This document shows, one piece after another, positions 1 to 9,722 of a DNA stretch of 64,000 nt. The notes under the pieces were generated by a model. The model was not told the DNA's origin, made no database searches, and worked only from the letters and a program-made list of their open reading frames with translations. The stretch comes from Escherichia coli (GTDB lineage: Bacteria > Pseudomonadota > Gammaproteobacteria > Enterobacterales > Enterobacteriaceae), in the NCBI RefSeq assembly GCF_003334765.1, contig NZ_QOWT01000009.1; one strand, given 5' to 3'. The translations under genes and the position numbers were made by a program. Position 1 is the first letter of the stretch; every line of letters starts with the position of its first letter.

Positions 1-183
1 GGGGTCAGCCCCCGGGAAAAAAACTTTACCTAATGCGTAAGCAACAAAACCATAAACACCAAAATCGAACCATTCCATTGCATTACCCAGTGATGCTGCG
101 GTAATGGCTTTACGCAGTTTACCGTCATCAATAATGGTGACATCACGAAGGGTAATCGGTTTTACTTTTTTCCTTTTCAGCAT
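1..183 (-). CDS. proP: Proline/glycine-betaine:H+ symporter ProP, N-terminal 61 codons only; gene continues beyond window start
   Basis: Reverse-complement of 1..183 translates from ATG (183..181) as MLKRKKVKPITLRDVTIIDDGKLRKAITAASLGNAMEWFDFGVYGFVAYALGKVFFPGADP, recognised as the ProP N-terminus; not in ORF track because it runs off the edge. Confidence 0.88.
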   Translation of the reverse strand, partial: MLKRKKVKPITLRDVTIIDDGKLRKAITAASLGNAMEWFDFGVYGFVAYALGKVFFPGADP

Positions 184-391
184 AGCTTTCCTCGCAGAGT
201 TGGCCCATTTCCGCAAACGCCAGAAAAATCAGCGCGACGGCCGCAAAAGGGGAGCGGGAATTGCAGGATGCAATCTCTGTAACAAGCGTAGCGGGTTTGC
301 TTACACCCTCCGGTTAAGGAATGTACAATCAAACCAGTTGACGCCTGAATTGGGCAGTTAATGACCTTTTTACCCTACCAGTGTTTAAATT

Positions 392-407
392 TGTGATCAA
401 CTTCACA
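392..407. promoter_or_regulatory. CRP-binding palindrome in proP upstream region
   Basis: Perfect TGTGA-N6-TCACA (tgtgatcaacttcaca) about 210 bp upstream of proP ATG; consistent with the known CRP-controlled proP P1 promoter. Confidence 0.55.
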
Positions 408-446
408 CATGGATTTCGTTTAGGACTCATTGATGTAACTGATTAT

Positions 447-1325
447 TTACGCCAAATTTACAGAGAAGATTTCCTCGAGCATTGCCCCCGCCAGACGCTG
501 CGCTGAACAGAGTCGTGGCATCCCCAGCGCGACAGTTTGCCAGCGTTGGGTCACTGACCAGCAAACGGGTTGTTTATCTGCCGTGGTCCACTTTCCCAGC
601 CAACTTAAAAAATCAGCATGCTCCCCGCCCGTCGGAACGGTCGAAGAGGCAAACCACTGATGGTAATAGTGACGCGTGGTCGGTGCCGCATTGATACTCT
701 CTGCCAGATGTTGTGTCGCTTTCTCGAGCAAATCACCCAGCAACAACGCCACCGCTTGCGGGCTTCCCAGACGGCAGGCATCGCCAAATGCCCCCCAGCG
801 CAACTCCTCCAGAACGATAAAACAGCGCCCAGGCAACGACCAGGCGTTATACGCCCCAGCACGCCAGCGGGTAAAAATTTGCTCGCTCTGATCACCTGCC
901 TGCACCAGTAGGCCTCGTTGCGTTAACGCCTTTTCCTTCCAGCGACAACGGGCTGAAAACCACTCATACAAGGCGGCAATTTGCTGGGGGAGCTCCGGGA
1001 AAGCAGAGTGCTGGCGGTGATCCATTTTTTGCAGCAGCGCCAGATGCTGCGCGATCTGCGTCAGTGCCAGATGACCGGGATCCAGCATCGACGCCAGTTT
1101 TTCCACCAATGTCAGACGCAGGCTAAGCGGCGCATTTAACATGCCGCCGTTCGTCCATGTCTGAAGCTGCACACGCGAAAGAAGTTCCTGCATCAGTCGT
1201 TCACGAAACTGCTGCTGATGGGCTTGTGGAAGGCGGGCATCATCACCCTGCGCCAGATCCACTAAAAAGCGGGGATAAACCGACTCCAGCACGCGACCGG
1301 GGCCGTCAAGTAACGTCTTGGTCAA
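447..1325 (-). CDS. yjcZ: Uncharacterised protein YjcZ (292 aa), co-operonic with crfC
   Basis: ORF track 447..1325; start ATG overlaps crfC stop by 4 bp (ATGA on minus strand). Confidence 0.88.
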   Translation of the reverse strand: MTKTLLDGPGRVLESVYPRFLVDLAQGDDARLPQAHQQQFRERLMQELLSRVQLQTWTNGGMLNAPLSLRLTLVEKLASMLDPGHLALTQIAQHLALLQKMDHRQHSAFPELPQQIAALYEWFSARCRWKEKALTQRGLLVQAGDQSEQIFTRWRAGAYNAWSLPGRCFIVLEELRWGAFGDACRLGSPQAVALLLGDLLEKATQHLAESINAAPTTRHYYHQWFASSTVPTGGEHADFLSWLGKWTTADKQPVCWSVTQRWQTVALGMPRLCSAQRLAGAMLEEIFSVNLA

Positions 1326-3550
1326 TATCGTTCTGCCGTGAAAAGTGTTTGAATATCATCGCGTAACAGCTGGGCGTCGGTGTAAATCCAGCCGTGAGTC
1401 ATCACAGTCTGCTGCAATTGCTGCTGCATCAGCCTGACCACCGATTCATTTTGTTGACGCAGAGCCAGACTTTCGCGTAAACGCGTCTGTAATTCCGTCA
1501 AACATGAAGCGAACTCAGCGAAAAAAGTATTCATGCCTGCCGTAACAGATTCATCGACCTGCTCTGCCAGAACTTTAGCCATTTGTTGGCAATAGAGATC
1601 GACTTCTGCGCTTAATGCTCGTTGCAACACACTGTAATCAACCGTTTCTGTCGGTGATTTCTCATTTCCCCGTCCCCAGTCGGGCTGATTCAACCAGCGC
1701 GAAAAAGTCTCACGCACAACGCCTAAACGCGTGCTCTGCTCGTCCGTTGCTTCCTGGCGCGAAATGACTTCACTGAACAGCTGGCGAGTGTTGAAGTGGG
1801 GAACTACGCCGTGAAAAACAGGAAAATGAAACCCAGGACGAAACCCTGACTCGCTCAATTCCATTTTGACTTGTTGCTCAATGGGGCGAATAACATCGGT
1901 TAACACCCGGCAAAGGGTGGATTCAAGCTCGGCAAAACGCAGCGTAAAGTCGCGACTGATGGTGTTCTGCGCCGTCTGTAACAGTGTCTCACAGCGGGTA
2001 CGAATCTCGCTTAACGGCTCCGAATCATCCTGAAACAAGGCGGCTAACTGCACCTTCAGCGCATCTTGCTGTTGACGCAGAAAGTGGTTGGCGGAGGTCA
2101 GGGCCAGCTCGATTTCATGTTTAATCTCGCCGCTCACCTGCGCCTGATTGAGTTGCAATAGCTGCAAACTTTCTTCGATCTGGTGGATATTTTGCCGCAA
2201 TTGTTCACAAGCGACGTTTAACCCGTGCGCACGAAAATCCAGGTATTCCCGCGCCTGCTGCGCGTAATTCAACAGTTTATGCGCGGCAGATCGCAGAGCA
2301 TACAACGAGGCGTTAGCGTAAGCGGCATGAAGCAACGCCTGAATTGGCTGGGCGAACAGCGAATCTTCCCACAACTGATCGGCAGCATGACGAATATGTT
2401 CGAGGTCCGCCAGATCGGCATGACGCCAGCGCCTGCCAAGCGCGGCATGGGCAAAATCTTCCACCCAGCGTTGTTGCTCTGGCGGTGGTAACTTACCGTT
2501 GTTGGCTAACTCATAGCGCGCCCGATTCGCCAGGTAGCCCCACATCGACGACACCGGAAATATCTGCTGTGGCGTAATACAGCCTTTCATCAGCGTCCCG
2601 GAAATCAGTGCCCGCACCTGGTCGGCGTCGTCACTGTTACGATCCTGTTGATCGAACTTATTGACCAGCACGTACAGCGGCACCGATTGCCCCACCGCCA
2701 AAATCGCCTCACGGACCTCTTCATCGGAGATCGATTTCAGTTGCGTATAATCCAGCACCGCCAGTACCGCCGAGGCGCGTGCCAGCTGCTGGTTAAGCAT
2801 TTTTTGCAGATGCGGTTGCCCGGCTTCATTTGGCCCGGGGGTATCCAGTAACGTCAACTGACCGGGATAACTCTCCAGCCCCGCTAGATGGACAAACTCC
2901 ACTTCAATCACGGGAATATGCTCAATGGCGGCGTAAGCAGAAAAAGGAAAATCGACGTCCAGCGCCTTCGCCAGTCGCACTAAATCATTCAAACTTTTCA
3001 GACAATGAAAAATAGGCTGGGCACCCAGATAATATTTTTCGAAAGCGACGCCATTTTCGATCCGCTGCATAAGCGCACGCATATCTTTATCTATTTCCAG
3101 CACATCGGTCAGATGCTTAATATCGCAATCACGCAGGCGCTGTTGTAATTGTTGAATTAAACAATCGATTGGCGCGACATGTGAAAAATGCAGTACCGGT
3201 TCCTTTTGCCCGGGCGTATGGCGAATAAGCGTCGGCAGCGCAGTCATTGGGCGATTACGATTAGGCAGAACCTCCGTACCAACAATGGCATTAATGGTGG
3301 TTGATTTCCCTGCTTTCATGGTACCGACAATTGCAAGCACCATTTCCAGTCGGGAAATTTTACGCAACTCATTATTCAGCATCGCGTGACGTTCGGCGAT
3401 ATTAGGCTGACTCCAGGGTAAAGCCAGTTGTGGCGCGTCGTCTCCGGGTACAGAGAGAGGCATTTTTTCCAGTAACTGCAACTGTTGGCGAGAAAGCTGT
3501 AACAGGCGTTCAGCCTCCTGACTTAACTCATACAGGGTCTGTGTGTACAT
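1322..3550 (-). CDS. crfC: Dynamin-like GTPase CrfC/YjdA (742 aa)
   Basis: ORF track; GTPase P-loop GTMKAGKST and long coiled-coil-like C-terminal region visible in translation. Confidence 0.9.
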   Translation of the reverse strand: MYTQTLYELSQEAERLLQLSRQQLQLLEKMPLSVPGDDAPQLALPWSQPNIAERHAMLNNELRKISRLEMVLAIVGTMKAGKSTTINAIVGTEVLPNRNRPMTALPTLIRHTPGQKEPVLHFSHVAPIDCLIQQLQQRLRDCDIKHLTDVLEIDKDMRALMQRIENGVAFEKYYLGAQPIFHCLKSLNDLVRLAKALDVDFPFSAYAAIEHIPVIEVEFVHLAGLESYPGQLTLLDTPGPNEAGQPHLQKMLNQQLARASAVLAVLDYTQLKSISDEEVREAILAVGQSVPLYVLVNKFDQQDRNSDDADQVRALISGTLMKGCITPQQIFPVSSMWGYLANRARYELANNGKLPPPEQQRWVEDFAHAALGRRWRHADLADLEHIRHAADQLWEDSLFAQPIQALLHAAYANASLYALRSAAHKLLNYAQQAREYLDFRAHGLNVACEQLRQNIHQIEESLQLLQLNQAQVSGEIKHEIELALTSANHFLRQQQDALKVQLAALFQDDSEPLSEIRTRCETLLQTAQNTISRDFTLRFAELESTLCRVLTDVIRPIEQQVKMELSESGFRPGFHFPVFHGVVPHFNTRQLFSEVISRQEATDEQSTRLGVVRETFSRWLNQPDWGRGNEKSPTETVDYSVLQRALSAEVDLYCQQMAKVLAEQVDESVTAGMNTFFAEFASCLTELQTRLRESLALRQQNESVVRLMQQQLQQTVMTHGWIYTDAQLLRDDIQTLFTAERY

Positions 3551-3950
3551 AGAAAATTCTTCCTTAAAGCAAATTTTGTTATTTTATTTAGCCAGATTGT
3601 TTTTGAGTTCTGTTTTCGGCTTTTATAATTACTGCAAGAAATAATTTTATATTTAGTGTGTTGTTTTTTATCAGAATAAATAACGTCTTCTGATACGTTT
3701 AAAACGTCAGAAAGATAAAAATATCATGTGAATTAAAAAAAGAACAAGTAGAGCATTAACATTATCTTAAATAATAAATAGAGGCAAAAAGATTATTTTC
3801 TTTTTGCGTTTCCTTTCAAATGAAAACGATCGTCGTCTAAAATCAGCAGTACCCCCGACAAACTCAGGGATTTTGTGTATAATTGCGGCCTTTTTCGGCA
3901 ATCTGCCGTTTTTTGGCGCTTTTGCCCTGCTGACTTTTGAGGAAATCCAC

Positions 3951-4286
3951 ATGTCATTACCACACTGCCCAAAATGCAACTCCGAATACACCTACGAAGA
4001 TAACGGCATGTACATCTGCCCGGAATGTGCCTACGAATGGAACGACGCAGAACCTGCACAGGAAAGCGACGAGCTGATCGTTAAAGATGCTAACGGCAAT
4101 CTGCTGGCTGACGGCGACAGCGTTACCATCATTAAAGATCTGAAGGTGAAAGGTAGCTCTTCGATGCTGAAAATTGGCACCAAAGTGAAAAACATCCGCC
4201 TGGTTGAAGGCGACCATAACATCGATTGCAAAATCGACGGTTTTGGTCCGATGAAACTGAAATCTGAGTTTGTGAAAAAGAACTGA
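3951..4286 (+). CDS. yjdM: Zinc-ribbon protein YjdM (formerly PhnA), 111 aa
   Basis: Internal ATG of ORF 3804..4286 preceded by gagga RBS; translation [30 protein letters not shown] with CxxC...CxxC zinc ribbon. Confidence 0.9.
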
Positions 4287-4304
4287 TTGTATTGTGATCG
4301 GTAA

Positions 4305-4580
<276 letters not shown>

Positions 4581-4643
4581 GCCTCTCATCTGTATAAATT
4601 TCGAACTACACTTAACTGGCTTCTCTTAACTGAGGTCACCATC

Positions 4644-5087
4644 ATGCCGTTAAGTCCCTACCTCTCTTTTGCCGGTAACTGTTCCGACGCGATTGCCTAT
4701 TATCAACGTACGTTGGGCGCGGAACTGCTCTATAAAATCAGCTTCGGCGAAATGCCAAAATCAGCGCAGGACAGCGCCGAGAACTGCCCTTCCGGAATGC
4801 AATTTCCCGATACCGCCATCGCCCACGCCAATGTGCGCATTGCCGGAAGCGACATCATGATGAGCGATGCCATGCCGTCAGGAAAAGCCAGCTACTCCGG
4901 CTTTACGCTGGTGCTCGATTCGCAACAGGTCGAAGAAGGAAAACGCTGGTTTGACAATCTTGCCGCTAACGGAAAAATCGAAATGGCCTGGCAGGAAACT
5001 TTCTGGGCGCATGGCTTTGGCAAAGTCACCGATAAATTTGGCGTACCGTGGATGATTAATGTCGTCAAACAACAACCAACGCAATAA
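4644..5087 (+). CDS. yjdN: Glyoxalase/VOC-family protein YjdN (PhnB), 147 aa
   Basis: ORF track 4644..5087; recognised sequence. Confidence 0.88.
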   Translation: MPLSPYLSFAGNCSDAIAYYQRTLGAELLYKISFGEMPKSAQDSAENCPSGMQFPDTAIAHANVRIAGSDIMMSDAMPSGKASYSGFTLVLDSQQVEEGKRWFDNLAANGKIEMAWQETFWAHGFGKVTDKFGVPWMINVVKQQPTQ

Positions 5088-5142
5088 CCCGCCGGGAGGC
5101 CCGCCCTCCCGCACTGTCATCGAATTCCCGTTAACTCTTCAT

Positions 5143-5180
5143 CTGTTAGTCACTTTTAATTAACCAAATCGTCACAATAA
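5143..5180 (+). promoter_or_regulatory. Pho box (PhoB binding site) of the phnC promoter
   Basis: ctgttagtcacttttaattaaccaaatcgtcacaataat shows direct repeats of CTGTyA/GTCAC-type half sites with 11-bp phasing, about 40-75 bp upstream of phnC ATG. Confidence 0.7.
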
Positions 5181-5219
5181 TCCGCCACGATGGAGCCACT
5201 TTTTTAGGGAGGCTGCATC

Positions 5220-6008
5220 ATGCAAACGATTATCCGTGTCGAGAAGCTCGCCAAAACCTTCAATCAGCATCAGGCGCTGCATGCGGTTGATCTGAACATT
5301 CATCACGGTGAAATGGTGGCTCTGCTTGGGCCGTCGGGTTCCGGAAAATCCACCCTTTTACGTCACTTAAGCGGTTTGATTACCGGCGATAAATCTGTCG
5401 GTAGCCATATCGAGCTGCTGGGCCGCACAGTCCAGCGCGAAGGCCGCCTGGCCCGCGATATCCGCAAAAGCCGCGCCCATACCGGCTACATATTCCAACA
5501 ATTCAACCTGGTGAACCGCCTGAGCGTACTGGAGAACGTGCTGATTGGCGCGCTCGGCAGCACGCCGTTCTGGCGCACCTGTTTTAGCTGGTTCACCGGC
5601 GAGCAGAAACAGCGCGCGTTACAGGCGCTGACCCGCGTTGGCATGGTGCATTTTGCCCATCAGCGCGTTTCCACCCTCTCCGGCGGCCAGCAGCAACGTG
5701 TGGCGATTGCCCGTGCGCTGATGCAGCAGGCGAAAGTGATTCTGGCCGATGAACCCATCGCCTCGCTGGACCCAGAATCAGCGCGCATCGTGATGGACAC
5801 CCTGCGCGACATCAACCAGAACGACGGCATCACCGTGGTCGTCACGCTGCATCAGGTGGATTACGCCCTGCGCTACTGCGAACGCATCGTCGCCCTGCGC
5901 CAGGGGCACGTCTTCTACGACGGCAGCAGCCAACAGTTTGATAACGAACGTTTTGACCATCTCTACCGCAGCATTAACCGCGTCGAAGAGAACGCGAAAG
6001 CTGCCTGA
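5220..6008 (+). CDS. phnC: Phosphonate ABC transporter ATP-binding protein PhnC
   Basis: ORF track; Walker [13 protein letters not shown] signature [12 protein letters not shown] gggagg upstream. Confidence 0.96.
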   Translation: MQTIIRVEKLAKTFNQHQALHAVDLNIHHGEMVALLGPSGSGKSTLLRHLSGLITGDKSVGSHIELLGRTVQREGRLARDIRKSRAHTGYIFQQFNLVNRLSVLENVLIGALGSTPFWRTCFSWFTGEQKQRALQALTRVGMVHFAHQRVSTLSGGQQQRVAIARALMQQAKVILADEPIASLDPESARIVMDTLRDINQNDGITVVVTLHQVDYALRYCERIVALRQGHVFYDGSSQQFDNERFDHLYRSINRVEENAKAA

Positions 6009-6032
6009 CATCCCCATCATTGAGGAAAACGA

Positions 6033-7049
6033 ATGAACGCTAAGATAATTGCCTCGCTGGCCTTCACCAGCATGTTCAGCCTCAGCACCCTGTTAAGCCC
6101 GGCGCACGCCGAAGAGCAGGAAAAGGCGTTGAATTTCGGCATTATTTCAACGGAATCACAGCAAAACCTGAAACCGCAATGGACGCCGTTCTTGCAGGAT
6201 ATGGAGAAGAAGCTGGGCGTGAAGGTCAACGCCTTCTTTGCCCCGGACTACGCGGGCATTATCCAGGGGATGCGCTTCAATAAAGTGGATATCGCCTGGT
6301 ACGGCAATCTGTCGGCGATGGAAGCGGTGGATCGCGCCAATGGCCAGGTCTTCGCCCAGACGGTCGCGGCGGATGGATCGCCGGGTTACTGGAGCGTGTT
6401 GATCGTCAACAAAGACAGTCCGATCAACAACCTGAACGATCTGCTGGCGAAGCGGAAAGATCTCACCTTTGGCAATGGCGATCCTAACTCCACCTCTGGC
6501 TTCCTCGTCCCCGGCTACTACGTCTTCGCCAAAAACAATATCTCCGCCAGCGACTTCAAGCGCACCGTCAACGCCGGGCATGAAACCAACGCGCTGGCCG
6601 TCGCCAACAAGCAGGTGGATGTTGCCACCAACAACACCGAAAACCTCGACAAGCTGAAAACCTCCGCGCCAGAGAAGCTGAAAGAACTGAAGGTGATCTG
6701 GAAGTCGCCGCTGATCCCAGGCGATCCGATCGTCTGGCGCAAGAATCTTTCCGAAACCACCAAAGACAAGATCTACGACTTCTTTATGAACTACGGCAAA
6801 ACGCCGGAAGAAAAAGCGGTGCTGGAACGCCTGGGCTGGGCGCCATTCCGCGCTTCCAGCGACCTGCAACTGGTGCCGATTCGCCAGCTCGCGCTGTTTA
6901 AAGAGATGCAGGGCGTGAAAAGCAATAAAGGACTGAATGAGCAGGACAAGCTGGCAAAAACCACCGAGATTCAGGCGCAGCTGGATGACCTGGACCGCCT
7001 GAACAACGCGCTAAGCGCGATGAGTTCGGTGAGTAAAGCGGTGCAGTAA
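6033..7049 (+). CDS. phnD: Phosphonate ABC transporter periplasmic binding protein PhnD
   Basis: ORF track; N-terminal signal peptide then recognised PhnD sequence. Confidence 0.96.
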   Translation: MNAKIIASLAFTSMFSLSTLLSPAHAEEQEKALNFGIISTESQQNLKPQWTPFLQDMEKKLGVKVNAFFAPDYAGIIQGMRFNKVDIAWYGNLSAMEAVDRANGQVFAQTVAADGSPGYWSVLIVNKDSPINNLNDLLAKRKDLTFGNGDPNSTSGFLVPGYYVFAKNNISASDFKRTVNAGHETNALAVANKQVDVATNNTENLDKLKTSAPEKLKELKVIWKSPLIPGDPIVWRKNLSETTKDKIYDFFMNYGKTPEEKAVLERLGWAPFRASSDLQLVPIRQLALFKEMQGVKSNKGLNEQDKLAKTTEIQAQLDDLDRLNNALSAMSSVSKAVQ

Positions 7050-7053
7050 ATCG

Positions 7054-7140
7054 TAGGTCGGATAAGACGCCCCGGCGTCGCATCCGACAATGTGCAGGCG
7101 TTGATGCCGGATGCGGTGCAAGCACCTTATCCGGCCTACA
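7054..7140. repeat. REP element pair (BIME) between phnD and phnE
   Basis: taggtcggataagacgc...gcgtcgcatccgaca and gccggatgcgg...ccttatccggcctaca palindromes. Confidence 0.85.
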
Positions 7141-7154
7141 GACCGGAGCCAAAC

Positions 7155-7942
7155 ATGCAAACCATCACCATCGCCCCACCCAAGCGCAGCTGGTTCTCGC
7201 TTCTGAGCTGGGCCGTTGTACTCGCCGTGTTGGTCGTCTCGTGGCAGGGCGCGGAAATGGCCCCGCTTACGCTGATCAAAGACGGCGGCAACATGGCGAC
7301 GTTCGCCGCCGACTTCTTCCCGCCCGATTTCAGCCAGTGGCAGGATTACCTCACCGAAATGGCCGTCACGCTGCAAATCGCCGTCTGGGGCACCGCGCTG
7401 GCGGTGGTTCTCTCCATCCCCTTTGGCCTGATGAGCGCCGAAAACCTGGTGCCGTGGTGGGTTTACCAGCCCGTTCGCCGCCTGATGGACGCCTGCCGCG
7501 CCATTAACGAAATGGTCTTCGCCATGCTGTTCGTGGTCGCCGTCGGCCTCGGCCCGTTCGCTGGCGTGCTGGCGTGCTGGCGCTGTTTATCCACACCACC
7601 GGCGTGCTCTCCAAGCTGCTTTCCGAAGCGGTGGAAGCGATTGAACCCGGCCCGGTGGAAGGCATTCGCGCCACCGGTGCCAACAAGCTCGAAGAGATCC
7701 TCTACGGCGTGCTGCCACAGGTGATGCCACTGCTGATCTCCTACTCCCTCTATCGCTTCGAATCCAACGTCCGCTCGGCGACCGTCGTCGGCATGGTCGG
7801 CGCAGGCGGGATCGGCGTCACCCTGTGGGAAGCGATTCGCGGTTTCCAGTTCCAACAAACCTGCGCCCTGATGGTGCTTATCATCGTCACGGTCAGCCTG
7901 CTGGATTTCCTCTCTCAACGGTTGCGTAAGCACTTTATCTGA
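7155..7942 (+). pseudogene. phnE: phnE phosphonate ABC permease, frameshifted (cryptic K-12-type allele)
   Basis: N-terminal part in frame 0 (ATG 7155), C-terminal permease part in a different frame (ORF 7574..7942); frames separated by an 8-bp repeat tract at 7560..7583. Confidence 0.9.
7560..7583 (+). repeat. Three tandem 8-bp units (gctggcgt gctggcgt gctggcgc) causing the phnE frameshift
   Basis: Read directly in sequence; loss of one 8-bp unit would join frame 0 to the downstream frame. Confidence 0.9.
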
Positions 7943-7962
7943 TAAGCGAGGCATTGATATCT

Positions 7963-8688
7963 ATGCACTTGTCTACACATCCGACCAGCTACCCAACACG
8001 CTATCAAGAGATAGCCGCAAAACTTGAGCAGGAGCTTCGTCAACACTACCGCTGCGGCGACTATCTTCCCGCCGAGCAGCAACTGGCAGCGCGCTTTGAG
8101 GTGAATCGCCACACCCTGCGCCGCGCCATCGACCAACTGGTGGAAAAAGGCTGGGTACAGCGCCGTCAGGGCGTCGGCGTGCTGGTGCTGATGCGCCCGT
8201 TCGATTACCCGCTCAACGCCCAGGCGCGTTTTAGCCAGAATCTGCTGGATCAGGGCAGCCATCCCACCAGCGAAAAACTGCTTTCGGTATTGCGCCCCGC
8301 GTCCGGCCACGTCGCTGACGCACTGGGGATTACCGAGGGGGAGAACGTCATCCACCTGCGCACCCTGCGTCGTGTCAACGGCGTCGCGCTCTGTTTAATC
8401 GACCACTACTTCGCGGACCTCACCCTCTGGCCGACGCTGCAACGCTTCGACAGCGGCTCGCTGCACGATTTTCTGCGCGAGCAAACCGGAATTGCGCTGC
8501 GCCGCAGCCAGACGCGGATCAGCGCCCGCCGCGCCCAGGCCAAAGAGTGCCAGCGTCTTGAAATCCCGAATATGTCGCCGCTGCTGTGCGTGCGCACCCT
8601 TAACCACCGTGACGGTGAAAGCAGCCCGGCGGAGTACTCCGTCAGCCTGACGCGCGCCGACATGATTGAATTCACTATGGAGCACTGA
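7963..8688 (+). CDS. phnF: GntR-family transcriptional regulator PhnF (241 aa)
   Basis: ATG at 7963 within ORF 7954..8688 (track starts at an upstream TTG); N-terminal HTH region. Confidence 0.93.
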   Translation: MHLSTHPTSYPTRYQEIAAKLEQELRQHYRCGDYLPAEQQLAARFEVNRHTLRRAIDQLVEKGWVQRRQGVGVLVLMRPFDYPLNAQARFSQNLLDQGSHPTSEKLLSVLRPASGHVADALGITEGENVIHLRTLRRVNGVALCLIDHYFADLTLWPTLQRFDSGSLHDFLREQTGIALRRSQTRISARRAQAKECQRLEIPNMSPLLCVRTLNHRDGESSPAEYSVSLTRADMIEFTMEH

Positions 8689-9141
8689 ATGCACGCAGAT
8701 ACCGCGACCCGCCAGCACTGGATGTCCGTGCTGGCGCACAGCCAACCGGCTGAACTGGCAGCACGCCTGAACGCGCTAAACATCACCGCCGACTATGAGG
8801 TGATCCGCGCCGCTGAAACTGGCCTGGTACAGATTCAGGCGCGGATGGGCGGCACCGGCGAACGTTTTTTTGCCGGCGACGCCACGCTGACCCGCGCCGC
8901 CGTGCGCCTGACTGACGGCACGCTCGGCTACAGCTGGGTGCAGGGGCGTGATAAACAGCACGCCGAACGCTGCGCGCTGATTGACGCGCTGATGCAGCAA
9001 TCTCGCCACTTTCAAAACTTATCAGAAACCCTTATTGCCCCGCTGGACGCTGACCGTATGACACGCATTGCCGCACGCCAGGCCGAAGTGAACGCCAGCC
9101 GGGTCGACTTCTTTACGATGGTTCGCGGAGACAACGCATGA
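8689..9141 (+). CDS. phnG: C-P lyase complex subunit PhnG
   Basis: ORF track; start directly abuts phnF stop. Confidence 0.95.
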
Positions 9142-9722
9142 CCCTGGAAACCGCTTTTATGCTTCCCGTGCAGGATGCCCAGCACAGTTTTCGTCGCCTG
9201 TTAAAGGCCATGAGCGAGCCGGGCGTGATTGTCGCCCTGCATCAGCTCAAACGCGGCTGGCAACCGCTGAATATCGCCACCACCAGCGTGCTGCTGACGC
9301 TGGCCGATAACGACACGCCGGTGTGGCTTTCTACCCCATTAAATAACGATATCGTCAACCAGAGCCTGCGTTTTCATACCAACGCGCCGCTGGTCAGCCA
9401 GCCGGAACAGGCGACCTTCGCGGTGACGGATGAGGCGATTTCCAGCGAACAGCTCAACGCCCTTTCCACCGGCACCGCCGTTGCGCCGGAAGCGGGTGCG
9501 ACGCTGATTTTACAGGTCGCCAGCCTGAGCGGCGGACGCATGTTGCGCCTTACTGGTGCGGGTATTGCCGAAGAACGAATGATCGCTCCGCAGCTGCCGG
9601 AGTGCATTCTGCACGAACTCACCGAGCGCCCGCATCCGTTCCCGCTCGGCATCGACCTGATCCTGACCTGTGGCGAGCGCCTGCTGGCTATTCCGCGAAC
9701 CACTCATGTGGAGGTGTGCTGA
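9138..9722 (+). CDS. phnH: C-P lyase complex subunit PhnH
   Basis: ORF track; start overlaps phnG stop (ATGA). Confidence 0.95.

Noticed and set aside
104-361. 85-aa plus-strand ORF at window start
   Set aside because: Antisense to the proP 5' coding region and promoter; proP identity on the minus strand is clear.
9602-9721. Longer N-terminal extensions proposed by the ORF track for phnI, phnJ (10647), phnK (11591), phnL (12376), rpiR (17361), alsE (21874), ssb (to 55985), aphA (to 60873), tyrB (to 62975) and nrfA (to 42317)
   Set aside because: Extensions overlap upstream genes or REP elements or lack an RBS; internal starts reproduce the known mature N-termini.
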